A DNA stretch of 64,000 nt. Origin: an uncultured delta proteobacterium (lineage in GTDB: Bacteria; Myxococcota_A; UBA9160; UBA4427). Positions 21,486 through 31,302 of the stretch are shown here, one piece after another; positions within the stretch are counted from its first letter, which is position 1, and the number at the start of each line of letters is the position of its first letter. Under the pieces are notes generated by a model, which was given only the letters and a program-made list of their open reading frames with translations, did no database searches and was not told the DNA's origin. The stretch is taken from positions 1,536,001 through 1,600,000 of the forward strand of contig CAWGJT010000005.1 of the NCBI GenBank assembly GCA_963822965.1, read 5' to 3'. The translations under genes and the position numbers were made by a program.

Positions 21486-22523
21486 GTGAGGATCGCGGTT
21501 CTCAACCCAGGCTCACGAACCATCAAGTCCGGGCTCGTGGAGGTGTCCGGAGCCGAGGTCCGCGTACTCGAGGGCGCCGCCGTCGAGCGGAGCGACCCCG
21601 CCGGTCTGGAGCACGACTTCCGGACGGTGCTGGCCGGGCTGCCCCGGGATCGGGTGGACGCCGTCGCCCATCGCGTGCTCCACCCCGGCCTGCACGAGCC
21701 GAGCGAGATCGACGAGCCGCTGCGGCGCCTGCTCGAGGAGAGCACACCGCGCGCCCTGCGCGAGGCGGCTCCGGCGCCGGAAGGCATCCGGATCGCCCGC
21801 GAGCTGTTTCCCGACGTTCCGGCAGTGGCGGTATTCGACACGGCGTTCGAAGCGGGACAGACGCTGGCTGCGCACCTGCACGCGCCGCCCTGGCATCTGA
21901 CACCCCTCGACGCCTCCGCAGGGGCCTCCTTCCAGGGCATCGCCCACGCCTCGCTGGTCGAGAGCCTGGCCCGTGCGGAGGGATCCAGCGTCGACTCCAT
22001 CGACGCGGTGACGCTCCAGCTCGGCGCCCGCTGCTCCACCTGCGCGATCGCGACGGGGCAGCTGGCGGAGATCTCGACCGGGTTCACGCCGTTTGCAAGC
22101 GTGGGCTCGGACTCCGACTCGACGCCGATCGCAGATCTGCGAGACGTGCTGCAGGCCGAGGCGCTGGGCAACGACGTGGCCGCCATCGCCGTGAGCCGCT
22201 TCGTCCGACGCATCGTCGCCACGGTGGGCGCCTACCTGACCCTGCTCGGCGGTCGCGGGAGCCTGGTCTTCGGCGGGGGCATCGGAGCGAACTCCGCCGA
22301 GATCCGGCGGCGGATTGCGGCGGGGCTGCGGTCGTGGAACGTGATGCTCGATCCCGAGCGGAACGACGCGGGCGATCCCGGACGCATCTCGCGGATCGGC
22401 CTGCGGCGGGTCTACGCCTTCGAGACCCGGGAGGAGCCGTTGATCGCCCGCGCCGCAGCGGCTGTGCTGGGCACCCGGGGAGCGTCGGCGCCCGCTCCGC
22501 CCCTGAAGCCGCGGAAGGCATGA
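21486..22523 (+). CDS. Acetate kinase-like protein (degenerate ASKHA kinase)
   Basis: VLNPGS..K, HRVLH.G, VAVFDTAF, STGFTP, DLR, LVFGGGIG.NS, TREE; several catalytic motifs are altered or deleted. Confidence 0.72.
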   Translation: MRIAVLNPGSRTIKSGLVEVSGAEVRVLEGAAVERSDPAGLEHDFRTVLAGLPRDRVDAVAHRVLHPGLHEPSEIDEPLRRLLEESTPRALREAAPAPEGIRIARELFPDVPAVAVFDTAFEAGQTLAAHLHAPPWHLTPLDASAGASFQGIAHASLVESLARAEGSSVDSIDAVTLQLGARCSTCAIATGQLAEISTGFTPFASVGSDSDSTPIADLRDVLQAEALGNDVAAIAVSRFVRRIVATVGAYLTLLGGRGSLVFGGGIGANSAEIRRRIAAGLRSWNVMLDPERNDAGDPGRISRIGLRRVYAFETREEPLIARAAAAVLGTRGASAPAPPLKPRKA

Positions 22524-22544
22524 CGCCATGAGAGGAGCGACGCC

Positions 22545-23711
22545 ATGAGCGAGACGACGCCGAAGCGACACGACGAGACACAGCCCGGCGCGAGGCGCGG
22601 GATCTTCCTGTTCCGGGTCGGCGACATCGACATCCGCCTGGACTACTCGTGGTTCCTGATCTTCGCGCTCATCCTCGTGAGTCTCTCCGCGGGCTACTTC
22701 CCGCGCGTCCAGCAAGGCGAGCCGACCGCCGCATACTGGCTGGCCGGCGCGGCCGCGACCCTGCTCTTCTTCGCCTCGATCGTCGCGCACGAGCTCTCCC
22801 ACGCCCTGGTCGCCAAGCTCTCGGGCATCCGGGTACCTACGATCACGCTCTTCCTGTTCGGAGGCGTCTCGCACATGGAGGAGGAGTCGCGCACGCCGGG
22901 CAGCGAGTTTCGCGTGGCCGTGGTGGGACCGCTGACCAGCCTGGCGCTGGCCGCCGTCTTCTGGGGCGTGCATCGGGCGCTTCCCGCGGACTTTCCGCCC
23001 CTGGCGGCCAGCGTGGTGGGCTACCTCGCCTGGGTCAACGCAGCGCTCGCGGTCTTCAACCTGCTGCCGGGCTTCCCGCTCGACGGCGGCCGGGTTCTGC
23101 GGGCGGCGGCGTGGTGGAAGACGGGCTCGCTCCGGCGCGCCACCCGCATCGCGGCCGACGCCGGCAAGGGCCTGGCGATCGGCCTGATGCTGCTGGGCGG
23201 GCTGCAGGTCTTTCTGGGCTCGTTGCTGGGCGGGCTCTGGCTCGTCTTCATCGGCATGTTCCTGCGAACCATGGCCGAGTCGAGCTACCAGAGCCTGGTC
23301 CTCGTGCAGAGCCTGGAAGACGTGCGCGTGGAGCATGTGGCGACCCTGGACCCGATCACGGTGCCCCCGCAGCTCTCCATCGCCGACCTGGTGGACGACT
23401 ATCTGCTGGTGCACGGCTACCGCGCCTATCCGGTGGTCGACGACGGAGCCGTGCTCGGGATGATCTCGATCGACGACCTTCGCGACCTTCCGGCCGAGAA
23501 GCGCGCTTCGACCACGGTCAAGGATCGCATGCGGGTGCTGGACGAGTCCCTCTGCGTCTCCCCCGAGCTCTCGCTGCGCGACGCCCTCAAGAAGCTCGCG
23601 TCCGGCGGCGTGCCCCTGCTCGTCATGCAGGGGAACGAGCTGGCGGGTATCCTCACGAAGAGCGGGCTGGCGCGCTTCATCGAGATCCGGCGGGCGCTCG
23701 AAGAGGCCTGA
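22545..23711 (+). CDS. Site-2 (M50) zinc metalloprotease with a C-terminal CBS pair
   Basis: HELSH, FNLLPGFPLDGGR, TM helices, CBS-like YPVVD..VLGMI. Confidence 0.93.
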   Translation: MSETTPKRHDETQPGARRGIFLFRVGDIDIRLDYSWFLIFALILVSLSAGYFPRVQQGEPTAAYWLAGAAATLLFFASIVAHELSHALVAKLSGIRVPTITLFLFGGVSHMEEESRTPGSEFRVAVVGPLTSLALAAVFWGVHRALPADFPPLAASVVGYLAWVNAALAVFNLLPGFPLDGGRVLRAAAWWKTGSLRRATRIAADAGKGLAIGLMLLGGLQVFLGSLLGGLWLVFIGMFLRTMAESSYQSLVLVQSLEDVRVEHVATLDPITVPPQLSIADLVDDYLLVHGYRAYPVVDDGAVLGMISIDDLRDLPAEKRASTTVKDRMRVLDESLCVSPELSLRDALKKLASGGVPLLVMQGNELAGILTKSGLARFIEIRRALEEA

Positions 23712-23745
23712 GCGCTCGGTCAGTCCGAGAGCCGTAGAGTCGACG

Positions 23746-23793
23746 GTCGAAAAGTCGAAAGGTCGAAAGGTCGAAAAGTCGAAAAGTCGAGAG
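23746..23793. repeat. 8-bp tandem repeat GTCGAAA(A/G), about 6 copies
   Basis: gtcgaaaa gtcgaaag gtcgaaag gtcgaaaa gtcgaaaa gtcgagag, intergenic. Confidence 0.93.
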
Positions 23794-23844
23794 TCGCACA
23801 GGAGAGCCAGAGCTCACTGGAGCGAGAGCGGGACGACCCTTCCG

Positions 23845-24175
23845 CTGGGCGGCGCCTTCTCCCACGCTGCCGGCGGCCACTGGCGCGGGACTCGCGATGG
23901 AGACCGCGGCGCTCTGGGTCGTGCTGGGCTTTTCGTGCTTCCTCATGCTCGAGCAGGTGCTGCACTGGCATCACTGCAACCGAGCGTCGGCGGACTGCGG
24001 GTCACCCCTCACCCACCTGATCCTGCTCGGGGACGGACTGCACAGCTTCCTGGGCGGCCTGGGCGTGGGCGCCGTCATGCTGCTCGACGTGCGCCTGGGA
24101 ACGACCGCGTGGCTGGCCGCGGCGGCCCACGAGGTGCCCCAGGAGCTGGGGGACTTCGGGGTGCTCATCCAACCG
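23845..24175 (+). pseudogene. ZIP-family zinc transporter remnant, truncated at both ends
   Basis: GGAFSH/LPAA (frameshifted), LEQVLHWHHC, GDGLHSFLGG, HEVPQELGDFGVLI, then an abrupt break; the N- and C-terminal helices are missing. Confidence 0.78.
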
Positions 24176-24188
24176 GTCGAGCCTCGCG

Positions 24189-26912
24189 TCATTCCCCCTG
24201 CAGGGCGAGGCCGACGTCGATGACGCCCGCATCCTCGCTCTCGACCTCGAAGCCGAGGTCCCGCGCCAGCCCCAGCATCGCGCGATTGCTGTCGAGCACC
24301 TGTCCCACGAGTCGCCGGGTCCCGCGCGAACGGCAGTAGCGGATCAGCTTCTCGAGCATGGCCTTGCCGAGACCGCGCCCCTTGAAGTCGGACCGGACGA
24401 TCACGGCGAACTCCGCCCGCTCGTTGTCCGGGTCGGTGACGGCGCGCACGACGCCGAGGGTCTCGTCGGGCGCCTCCCTGCGATAGGCGATGAACGCCAT
24501 CTCCCGGTCGTAGTCGATCTGGGTGTAGCGGGCGAGCTGGGAGTGCGGCATCTCCCGAACCATGTTGAAGAATCGAAAGTAGACGTCGTTGGGGTCGAGC
24601 CGCTCGAAGAAGGCCCGATGCGCGGGCTCGTCCTCGGGACGAATGGGGCGGGCGACCACGGTCTGCCGCCCGGGAAGCGAGAGGGTCTCCTCGAGCTCGG
24701 CCGGATACGGCCGGATCGCGAGCGCGACGCGCTCGGCCGGTGGACCGATCCGGATGCGCGCATCCAACGCGACGACCCCGTGCTCGTCGGCGAGCAGCGG
24801 ATTCACGTCCAGCTCGCGGATCTCGGGCAGGTCGACGACGAGCTGCGAGATGCGGACCAGCGTCTCCACGAGCGCGGCGTGGTCGACGGCCGGCCGATCT
24901 CGATAGGCCTCGAGGAGACGAGCCACCCGGGTTCGTTCGACGAGCTCGCGGGCGAGATTGGCGTTGAGCGGTGGCAAGCCCAGGGCGCGATCGCCGAGCA
25001 CCTCGACCGCCGTTCCCCCCTGTCCGAAGAGCAGCACCGGACCGAAGATCGGGTCCGTCGTGGCGCCGGCGATCAGCTCGCGTGCACCCGGCCGCCGTTC
25101 CATGCGCTGCACCACGAAGCCCTCGATCCGGGCGTCGGGCCGCTCCGAGCGGACCCGACGGACCATCACCTCTGCGGCGGCCGCGACCGCGTCCGCGTCT
25201 TCGAGATCGAGCGCCACGCCGCCGAGCTCGCTCTTGTGCACCACGTCCGGCGAGAGGATCTTGAGCGCGACCGGGAAGCCGACCTCCTCTGCGAGCCGGG
25301 ACGCCCGGGCTGCGTCCGGCGCCGCGCGCGTCTCCACCACGGGAATGCGGTAGGCGGCGAGGACCGCCATGGCGTCGGCGGCCGAGAGCCACTCCCTTCC
25401 CGCGGCCGCGGCCGCTTGCAGGATGCCTCGGGCGGCCGCCACGTCGGGTGCGACGCCGGCCACGAAGCGCGGCGGCGTCTCGAGGAGCTGCTCCTGGTTC
25501 TCCCGGTACGCGACCATGTACAGAAAGGACCGGACGGCGTCCTCGGGCGTGTCGTAGGTGGGAAGGCTCGCTTCGCGCAGGAGGCGACGCGCCGCCTCGG
25601 CACCCGCTCCGCCCAGCCAGCTCGTGAGCACGACGCCGCGCGGCGGCCGTTCGGCCAGCGCCCCGATCACGGCCTGCGCCGCCTCCCGGCCGGAGGCGAG
25701 CGCCGTGGGCGCGTGCAGGACGAGCAGCCCCGTGCCCGAGGCGTCGTTCCCCAGCGCGCGAATCGCTTCCTCGTAGCGTCGACCCGTCGCGTCGCCCACC
25801 AGGTCGACGGGATTGCCGCCGGACCAGGTGGGCGGCAGGACGGCGTCGAGCTTCGCGTGCGTCTCCGGCGACAGGGAGGCCAGACGCCCGCCTCCGGCGA
25901 GGAGTGCATCGGTCGCCATCACCCCCGGCCCACCGCCGTTCGTGACGATGGTCAGCTCGCGGCCCCGAGCCGGGTGCGCGCGAGCGAGGGTCTCGGCCGC
26001 GTCGAAGAGGTCGGCGATCCGCTCGACGCGCAGCATGCCGGCCCGCCGGATGGCCGCGTCCACCACGTCGTCCGCCGCGGCCAGCGCCCCGGTGTGCGAG
26101 GCGGCCGCGCGCGCGGCGTCGCGGAGCCTGCCGGACTTGATCACGATCACCGGCTTGTTTCGGGCCGCCGCGCGACCCGCCGACATGAATTTCCGCGCTT
26201 CGACGAGCCCCTCCAGATACAGGAGCACCGCCCGGGTGCCCGGATCGGCGCTCAGATGGTCGAGCACGTCCCCGACGTCGACGTCGATGCTGTTGCCGAG
26301 CGAGACGAAGCACGAAAAGCCGACACCGTGGGACTGCGCCCAGTCGAGCACCGCGGTGCAGAGGGCGCCCGACTGCGAGACGAACGCGAGACGGCCCGGC
26401 GCAGCGGGCACGTGCGCGAAGGACGCGTCGAGGCCGATGCCGGGAACCAGCAACCCGACACAGTTCGGGCCGAGGATGCGGGTTCCGTGGCGGCGGGCCG
26501 CGGCCAGCGTCGCCGCCTGCAGGTTCGGCGCGGCTCTCTTCGCACCCGGGTTCGGTTTCCGGGTGCGCGCCGCGCTTCCGCCCGCGGTGTCGCGCCGCTC
26601 GAGGCCGGCGGTGAGGACGACGACGGCTCGTGTCCCCCGCCGGCCCAGCGCCTCCACGATCCCCGGAACCGTCTCCGGCGGCGTCGCGACCACCCCGAGG
26701 TCCGGCACGCGGGGCAGACTCGCCACGTCCGGGTAGGCGAGCACGCCGGCCACCGCCTCCTCATGCGGATTCACGGGCATCACCGCACCCTCGAAGCCGC
26801 CGTGCAGGAGGTTTCGGGTCACCACCGCGCCCACGCTGTGCGCGCGGTTCGACGCGCCGACGACCGCCACCGAACGGGGTGCGAACAACGCCTCGAGGTT
26901 GCGGACAGTCAT
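24189..26912 (-). CDS. Protein lysine acetyltransferase, acyl-CoA synthetase (NDP-forming)-GNAT fusion (Pat/PatZ type)
   Basis: LFAPRSVAVVGAS, ILGPNC.G, SQSGAL, ASHTGAL, TNGGGPGV, HKSELGGV.L, RLAIRPYP-like segment, QIDYDREMAF GNAT domain. Confidence 0.93.
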   Translation of the reverse strand: MTVRNLEALFAPRSVAVVGASNRAHSVGAVVTRNLLHGGFEGAVMPVNPHEEAVAGVLAYPDVASLPRVPDLGVVATPPETVPGIVEALGRRGTRAVVVLTAGLERRDTAGGSAARTRKPNPGAKRAAPNLQAATLAAARRHGTRILGPNCVGLLVPGIGLDASFAHVPAAPGRLAFVSQSGALCTAVLDWAQSHGVGFSCFVSLGNSIDVDVGDVLDHLSADPGTRAVLLYLEGLVEARKFMSAGRAAARNKPVIVIKSGRLRDAARAAASHTGALAAADDVVDAAIRRAGMLRVERIADLFDAAETLARAHPARGRELTIVTNGGGPGVMATDALLAGGGRLASLSPETHAKLDAVLPPTWSGGNPVDLVGDATGRRYEEAIRALGNDASGTGLLVLHAPTALASGREAAQAVIGALAERPPRGVVLTSWLGGAGAEAARRLLREASLPTYDTPEDAVRSFLYMVAYRENQEQLLETPPRFVAGVAPDVAAARGILQAAAAAGREWLSAADAMAVLAAYRIPVVETRAAPDAARASRLAEEVGFPVALKILSPDVVHKSELGGVALDLEDADAVAAAAEVMVRRVRSERPDARIEGFVVQRMERRPGARELIAGATTDPIFGPVLLFGQGGTAVEVLGDRALGLPPLNANLARELVERTRVARLLEAYRDRPAVDHAALVETLVRISQLVVDLPEIRELDVNPLLADEHGVVALDARIRIGPPAERVALAIRPYPAELEETLSLPGRQTVVARPIRPEDEPAHRAFFERLDPNDVYFRFFNMVREMPHSQLARYTQIDYDREMAFIAYRREAPDETLGVVRAVTDPDNERAEFAVIVRSDFKGRGLGKAMLEKLIRYCRSRGTRRLVGQVLDSNRAMLGLARDLGFEVESEDAGVIDVGLALQGE

Positions 26913-26988
26913 CGTCCCTCCGCGTCTGGCAGGCCGACCCGAGGTGGGTCGGCTAGCACCGCTGAGGGAGCCCAAGGGGCTCCCTCGG

Positions 26989-27621
26989 CTAGGTGCCCGT
27001 CAAGGTGGGAAGCGCGCCCCGCACTCCGTTGAGCATGAACTGCACCGCGATGGCGGCGAGCAGCAGCCCCATCAGACGCCCGATGACGCGCAGGGTGATC
27101 TGTCCCAGGAAGGCGGAGTAGCGCACCGCCGCGAACAGCAGCACGAAGGTACCGGCGTAGATGAGCGCCACGGTTCCCACGAGCAGGCCAAGCTGGAGCG
27201 GTCCGGTGGCCTGGCTCTCGAGCACGATCGCGGTGGTGATGCTGCCGGGGCCGCAGAGCATCGGCACCCCGAGCGGGGTCACGGCGACGTCGTGCTTCTC
27301 GATGGCCTCGGCGCGTTCTTCCGGCGTGAGGTGGCTGCGCGCGCCCCGCAGCATCTCGAGGCCGACCCGCAGGATGACGAGCCCGCCCGCGATCTGCAGG
27401 GCGGGAATGCTCACCTGGAAGGAGCCCAGGATGCGCGAGCCGAGCAGCGAGAAGGCCGTCATCACCAGGAAGGCGATGATGCAGGCCCGGCGCGCCATCG
27501 AGATGCGGGCGGCGTCGCCGTCCTCCTCGGTGAGGGCGAGGAACGTGGGAATCGTCCCGAGCGGGCTCAGGATGGCGAAGAGCGAGCCGAAGGCGAGCAA
27601 CGCATAGGAGGCAAGATCCAT
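26989..27621 (-). CDS. MarC family integral membrane protein
   Basis: LFAILSPLG.IP.F, IAGGLVI, VTPLGVPML.GPGSI, RLMGLLLAAIAVQF. Confidence 0.93.
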   Translation of the reverse strand: MDLASYALLAFGSLFAILSPLGTIPTFLALTEEDGDAARISMARRACIIAFLVMTAFSLLGSRILGSFQVSIPALQIAGGLVILRVGLEMLRGARSHLTPEERAEAIEKHDVAVTPLGVPMLCGPGSITTAIVLESQATGPLQLGLLVGTVALIYAGTFVLLFAAVRYSAFLGQITLRVIGRLMGLLLAAIAVQFMLNGVRGALPTLTGT

Positions 27622-27769
27622 CGCGCGTCACGATAGGGCTTCTGTCCGGAGCCAACGCGACATCGATCTCCCTTCGGGGACAGCTCATCGTCGCCCGGGA
27701 GGCCTGAGACGGGCCTCGACGGCTCCGAGGGAGGATCCTGGTGGGGATGTCAAGATCCACTCGAATAGT

Positions 27770-27785
27770 TACGATAGACACTATC
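27770..27785 (+). promoter_or_regulatory. Putative -10 box (TACGAT) overlapped by an inverted repeat GATAG-aca-CTATC just before the ATG
   Basis: AT-rich patch with a 5-bp-arm palindrome at 27773-27785 and ATG at 27787 with no RBS. Confidence 0.45.
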
Positions 27786-27786
27786 C

Positions 27787-28290
27787 ATGGCCCACCTCGT
27801 CCGCCGCAGCCCCGATCGCATCGAGATCCGCGAGAGCGTCGCGACGCCACGCGGGCCCCGGGCGCGGCTGCTGGCGAGCTTCGCCGAGCCGCTCACCCCG
27901 GACGTGCTCGAGCGCGCCGCCGCGCGCGCCGCGCGGCCCTTCGATCGCCGCCGGCTGCTGCGCCGAGCCCGGGCGCTGGGCATCGAGGTCGCCGAGCGGT
28001 CGCGCGAGCCCGAGGCCCGGGCGCTGCTGGCCCGTCTGCACCGGCCGGACCCCCTGGACCCGACCCTCGCCGCTGCCTTGCGCGAGGCGCTGGCGCGGCT
28101 TCCCGAGGCACCCGTCCCCGAGCCCCTGGCCGAAGTCGCGGAATGGGTGGGAGCCAGCGCGTCCGAGCGCGGCGCCAGTCTGCGCGAGCTGCTCGACCTC
28201 TACGGCAGGATCGCCGACAGCCGTCCGGCGCGCAGGCGGCGCGAAGGCGAGCGCTTCCCCCGCTTCTCGTCCTTGCGCGAGGCGGGCTGA
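27787..28290 (+). CDS. Hypothetical protein, putative antitoxin/DNA-binding partner of the downstream nucleotidyltransferase
   Basis: 167 aa ORF with typical codon usage; 2-bp gap to the next gene. Confidence 0.6.
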   Translation: MAHLVRRSPDRIEIRESVATPRGPRARLLASFAEPLTPDVLERAAARAARPFDRRRLLRRARALGIEVAERSREPEARALLARLHRPDPLDPTLAAALREALARLPEAPVPEPLAEVAEWVGASASERGASLRELLDLYGRIADSRPARRRREGERFPRFSSLREAG

Positions 28291-28292
28291 GG

Positions 28293-28871
28293 GTGGCGCC
28301 GAGCCCCGGCCCGACGCCTTCCCTCTCCGAGAAGGTGCTGCTCCTCGAAGAGGCGTTCGCCGCGCGACGCATCCCCCACGCCTTCGGCGGTGCCCTCGCC
28401 CTGGCCTACTACGCGACGCCGCGGGCCACCATCGACATCGACGTCAACGTCTTCACCCCGGTCGATCGGGCGGACGAGGTGCTGGAGATGCTTCGCGCCC
28501 TCGGCGCCGACCCTCTGGCCGACGCGGAGCATGCACGGCTCCAGCGCGACGGTCAGGTGCGCGTGCGTTGGGACAAGACCCCCATCGACCTCTTCTTCGC
28601 CTACGACCCCTTCCACGAGAGCTGTCTCGAGCGACGACGGCAGATGCCCTTCGGTGCGGGAGACGCCATCCACGTGCTCGCCGCGGAGGACCTGCTCGTC
28701 TTCAAGGCGATCTTCGACCGCCAGAAGGACTGGCGGGACATCGAAGAGGTGACCTTCGCGCTGGGCGACGCCCTCGACGGCGACTACGCGCGGGCCTGGC
28801 TCGAGCGGATCGTCGGCGCGCAGGACGATCGCTACCGGCGGCTCGACGAGGCCCTGTCCCGCTATTCGTGA
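28293..28871 (+). CDS. Pol-beta-superfamily nucleotidyltransferase (AbiEii/DUF6036-like)
   Basis: FGGALALAYY..PRATIDIDV, IDLF, EDLLVFK...R.KDW.DIE. Confidence 0.8.
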   Translation: MAPSPGPTPSLSEKVLLLEEAFAARRIPHAFGGALALAYYATPRATIDIDVNVFTPVDRADEVLEMLRALGADPLADAEHARLQRDGQVRVRWDKTPIDLFFAYDPFHESCLERRRQMPFGAGDAIHVLAAEDLLVFKAIFDRQKDWRDIEEVTFALGDALDGDYARAWLERIVGAQDDRYRRLDEALSRYS

Positions 28872-30556
28872 GCCGCGGGCGCTCTCTGAGCCGCAGGCGC
28901 GTCGGCGGTCTCTTCCCCGCCGTTCGACTCATGGTCGTTCGTGTCTTCCTTGCGGGTGAGCAGGCTGGCCAGGAAGCGCGCGGCCCGCTCGCTCTGCTCC
29001 AGCAGGCGCCGCACGTTGCTCAGCCAGTCCAGGGTCTGCACGAGCGCGGGCACGGACAGCGCGCCACGGCTTCCCGCCTCCAGCAGCGAGGCCTTCAGGG
29101 CGTGGTACTGCTCCTCGAGCGCGGCCGTCTGCGAGGCCAGGTCCGCTACTTGAAACTCCGGGCGCTCCACGCCGGTCTCCTCCACGAAGCGGCGTACCCC
29201 CGCGACGAAGCGCTGCACCTCCTGCTCGAGACGAGGGTCGTCGCAGGCCGCTCGCAGGGCGCCACCGGCTGCCACCATGCCGGCCAGCTCCGCCGTCTCG
29301 GCGTAGTAGCGCGAGACACGGAGCGCCGTCGGCAGCAGCGGGTCGAGCTCGGCCGGGAGCACGGTCCGTTGCAGCCGCTGGATGTACTCGCCGATCGCCT
29401 CGATGAGGAAGGCCAACGAGCGCTGGCCTGCCGCGATGCCGCCCCGGGCACGGCGGTCGCCCGCCAGGGAGGCCCCCGCGAGCCGGCGCGTGATCTGGCC
29501 CGCCCGGGCGAGCTCCATCACCATGGCGTCGAGTGCGAGATAGGGAGTGGAGAGGACGTTGCGGTCCAGGAAGCGAGGCCTGGCCTCGTCCTCTTCGTGG
29601 GTGCGGAAGCGGGCCTCGAGAGACCGCACGAGCCGGCCGGTCAGGGGCCACATCAGCGCCACCCCCAGCAGGTTGAAGAGCGTGTGGAAGCCCGCGAGCA
29701 CCGCCGCCGGCTCGGCGTCCAGGGACAGGGCCGCGCGCCCGCGGACGATGCCGAAGAGCAGCAGCGGCAGCAGCAGCAGGGCGACGGCTCCCGTGGTGAC
29801 GTTGAAGGCCACGTGCCCGACAGCCACCCGCTTGGCGTTGGGGGTGGCGCCGATCGACGCGAGAGCGGCCGTCGAGGTGGTGCCGACGTTGGCGCCGATC
29901 ACCAGGGCCGCGCCGCTGCCCAGGGAGACCACACCGCCCGCGGTCGCCGTGAGGACGATCGCCAGCGCGGCGCTCGAGGATTGCATGAGCAAGGTGAGCA
30001 CGAAGCCCAACACGACGAACAGCGGGACGTGGAGCGGGCCGGCCGCAAGCGAAGCCAGCTCGACCTGGCCGCCCAGCCCTTCGAAGCCCGTGCGCAGGGC
30101 GTCGATCCCCAGGAAGAAGATGCCGAAGCCCGCGAGGGCCTCACCGAAGGAGCCGAGCCGGCCGTGGGGCACGAAGAGTCGCAGCCCCATGCCGACGCCC
30201 ACGAGCGGGAGCGAGAGCGCTCCCAGGTCCAGGTGGAAGCCGACCGTGGCGACGAGCCAGGCGGTCATGGTGGTGCCGACGTTGCTGCCGTAGGTGATGG
30301 CGAGCGCCTGCGACAGGCTCAGCAGGCCCGCGTTCACGAAGCCGATGGTGGCCACGGTGACCGCGCTCGACGACTGCACGAGCGAGGTCACCAGGGCGCC
30401 CGCAGCGATGCCGCGCAGGGGCGTGCGCGTGGACCGCGCGAGCACCCCGCGAAGCGCCTCGCCGACGGCGGACTTCAGCCCCTCGGTCATCAGCCTCATC
30501 CCGAGCAGGAAGAGACCGACGCCACCGAGGAGCTGGACGGCGTGCTCGAGACTCAC
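28862..30556 (-). CDS. Na+/Pi cotransporter family protein
   Basis: GGVGLFLLGM.LM..GL, two QSSSA repeats, G(S/A)NVGTT twice, PhoU-like C-terminus. Confidence 0.92.
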   Translation of the reverse strand: MSLEHAVQLLGGVGLFLLGMRLMTEGLKSAVGEALRGVLARSTRTPLRGIAAGALVTSLVQSSSAVTVATIGFVNAGLLSLSQALAITYGSNVGTTMTAWLVATVGFHLDLGALSLPLVGVGMGLRLFVPHGRLGSFGEALAGFGIFFLGIDALRTGFEGLGGQVELASLAAGPLHVPLFVVLGFVLTLLMQSSSAALAIVLTATAGGVVSLGSGAALVIGANVGTTSTAALASIGATPNAKRVAVGHVAFNVTTGAVALLLLPLLLFGIVRGRAALSLDAEPAAVLAGFHTLFNLLGVALMWPLTGRLVRSLEARFRTHEEDEARPRFLDRNVLSTPYLALDAMVMELARAGQITRRLAGASLAGDRRARGGIAAGQRSLAFLIEAIGEYIQRLQRTVLPAELDPLLPTALRVSRYYAETAELAGMVAAGGALRAACDDPRLEQEVQRFVAGVRRFVEETGVERPEFQVADLASQTAALEEQYHALKASLLEAGSRGALSVPALVQTLDWLSNVRRLLEQSERAARFLASLLTRKEDTNDHESNGGEETADAPAAQRAPAAHE

Positions 30557-30665
30557 GACGGCCGGCGGCGCTTCGTGCCGGTGTCGTCCAACCCGGAATC
30601 GCCGTGGGGGTCCATCTGCGGCTGCATCTCATCGCACCCGCGCGCGGGCCGCAACCGCCGCCCCC

Positions 30666-31172
30666 TCAGTCGTCGTCGTGGAGCGCGGCGGGCCGTCCCA
30701 CCGGCCGCGACCCGGCTCCGGCGTCCAGATAGGCGCTGGCGGCGCCGTGGGTGTAGACGAGCTCGCCGCCGTGGTGTCCCGTGATGCCGACCGCCACCGC
30801 CGCGGCGACGGTTCCGGCGACCGTGAGCGCCCGGGCGATGCCGCCCAGCGGCGATCGCAGCAGGCCCGCCGCGGCGAACGGAAGCGTGAGCCCCGCCAGC
30901 AGCAGGAAGCGTTCCGCGGCCTCCTCGTGCTCCTCGATGGCCTGCTCGGAGACCACGCGCTCGACGGTCTCCTCCTCGTCCTGCCCGGTGTCGAGGGCGA
31001 GGAGCCCGGATGCCACCACGCAGGCCTGCAGGACGAGCACGACCACCCAGGCGGCGGTACGAATGCGTCCGGTGTGGATCGCCCAGACCCCCGCGGCGGC
31101 CACCACGGGAGCCAGGACGGCAAGGACGATGGGAAAGTGGACAATCGCGGGATGGAGCGGATGGGGAAGCAT
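30666..31172 (-). CDS. DUF2231-like membrane protein
   Basis: PLHPAIVHFPI, TG..EE, IEEHEEAA, GHHGGELVY.HG. Confidence 0.8.
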   Translation of the reverse strand: MLPHPLHPAIVHFPIVLAVLAPVVAAAGVWAIHTGRIRTAAWVVVLVLQACVVASGLLALDTGQDEEETVERVVSEQAIEEHEEAAERFLLLAGLTLPFAAAGLLRSPLGGIARALTVAGTVAAAVAVGITGHHGGELVYTHGAASAYLDAGAGSRPVGRPAALHDDD

Positions 31173-31302
31173 GGGGTACGCCTCTCTTCTCGGTCGTTCT
31201 CGCGGGGGATCCGCGGGAGCGGGACGGGAAGCTGGCTTCCGCTGACCTGCTGCACCATCCGGCAACTGACTCGGACGGCCCCCGGCGGGCCGCGGAGCGC
31301 AC

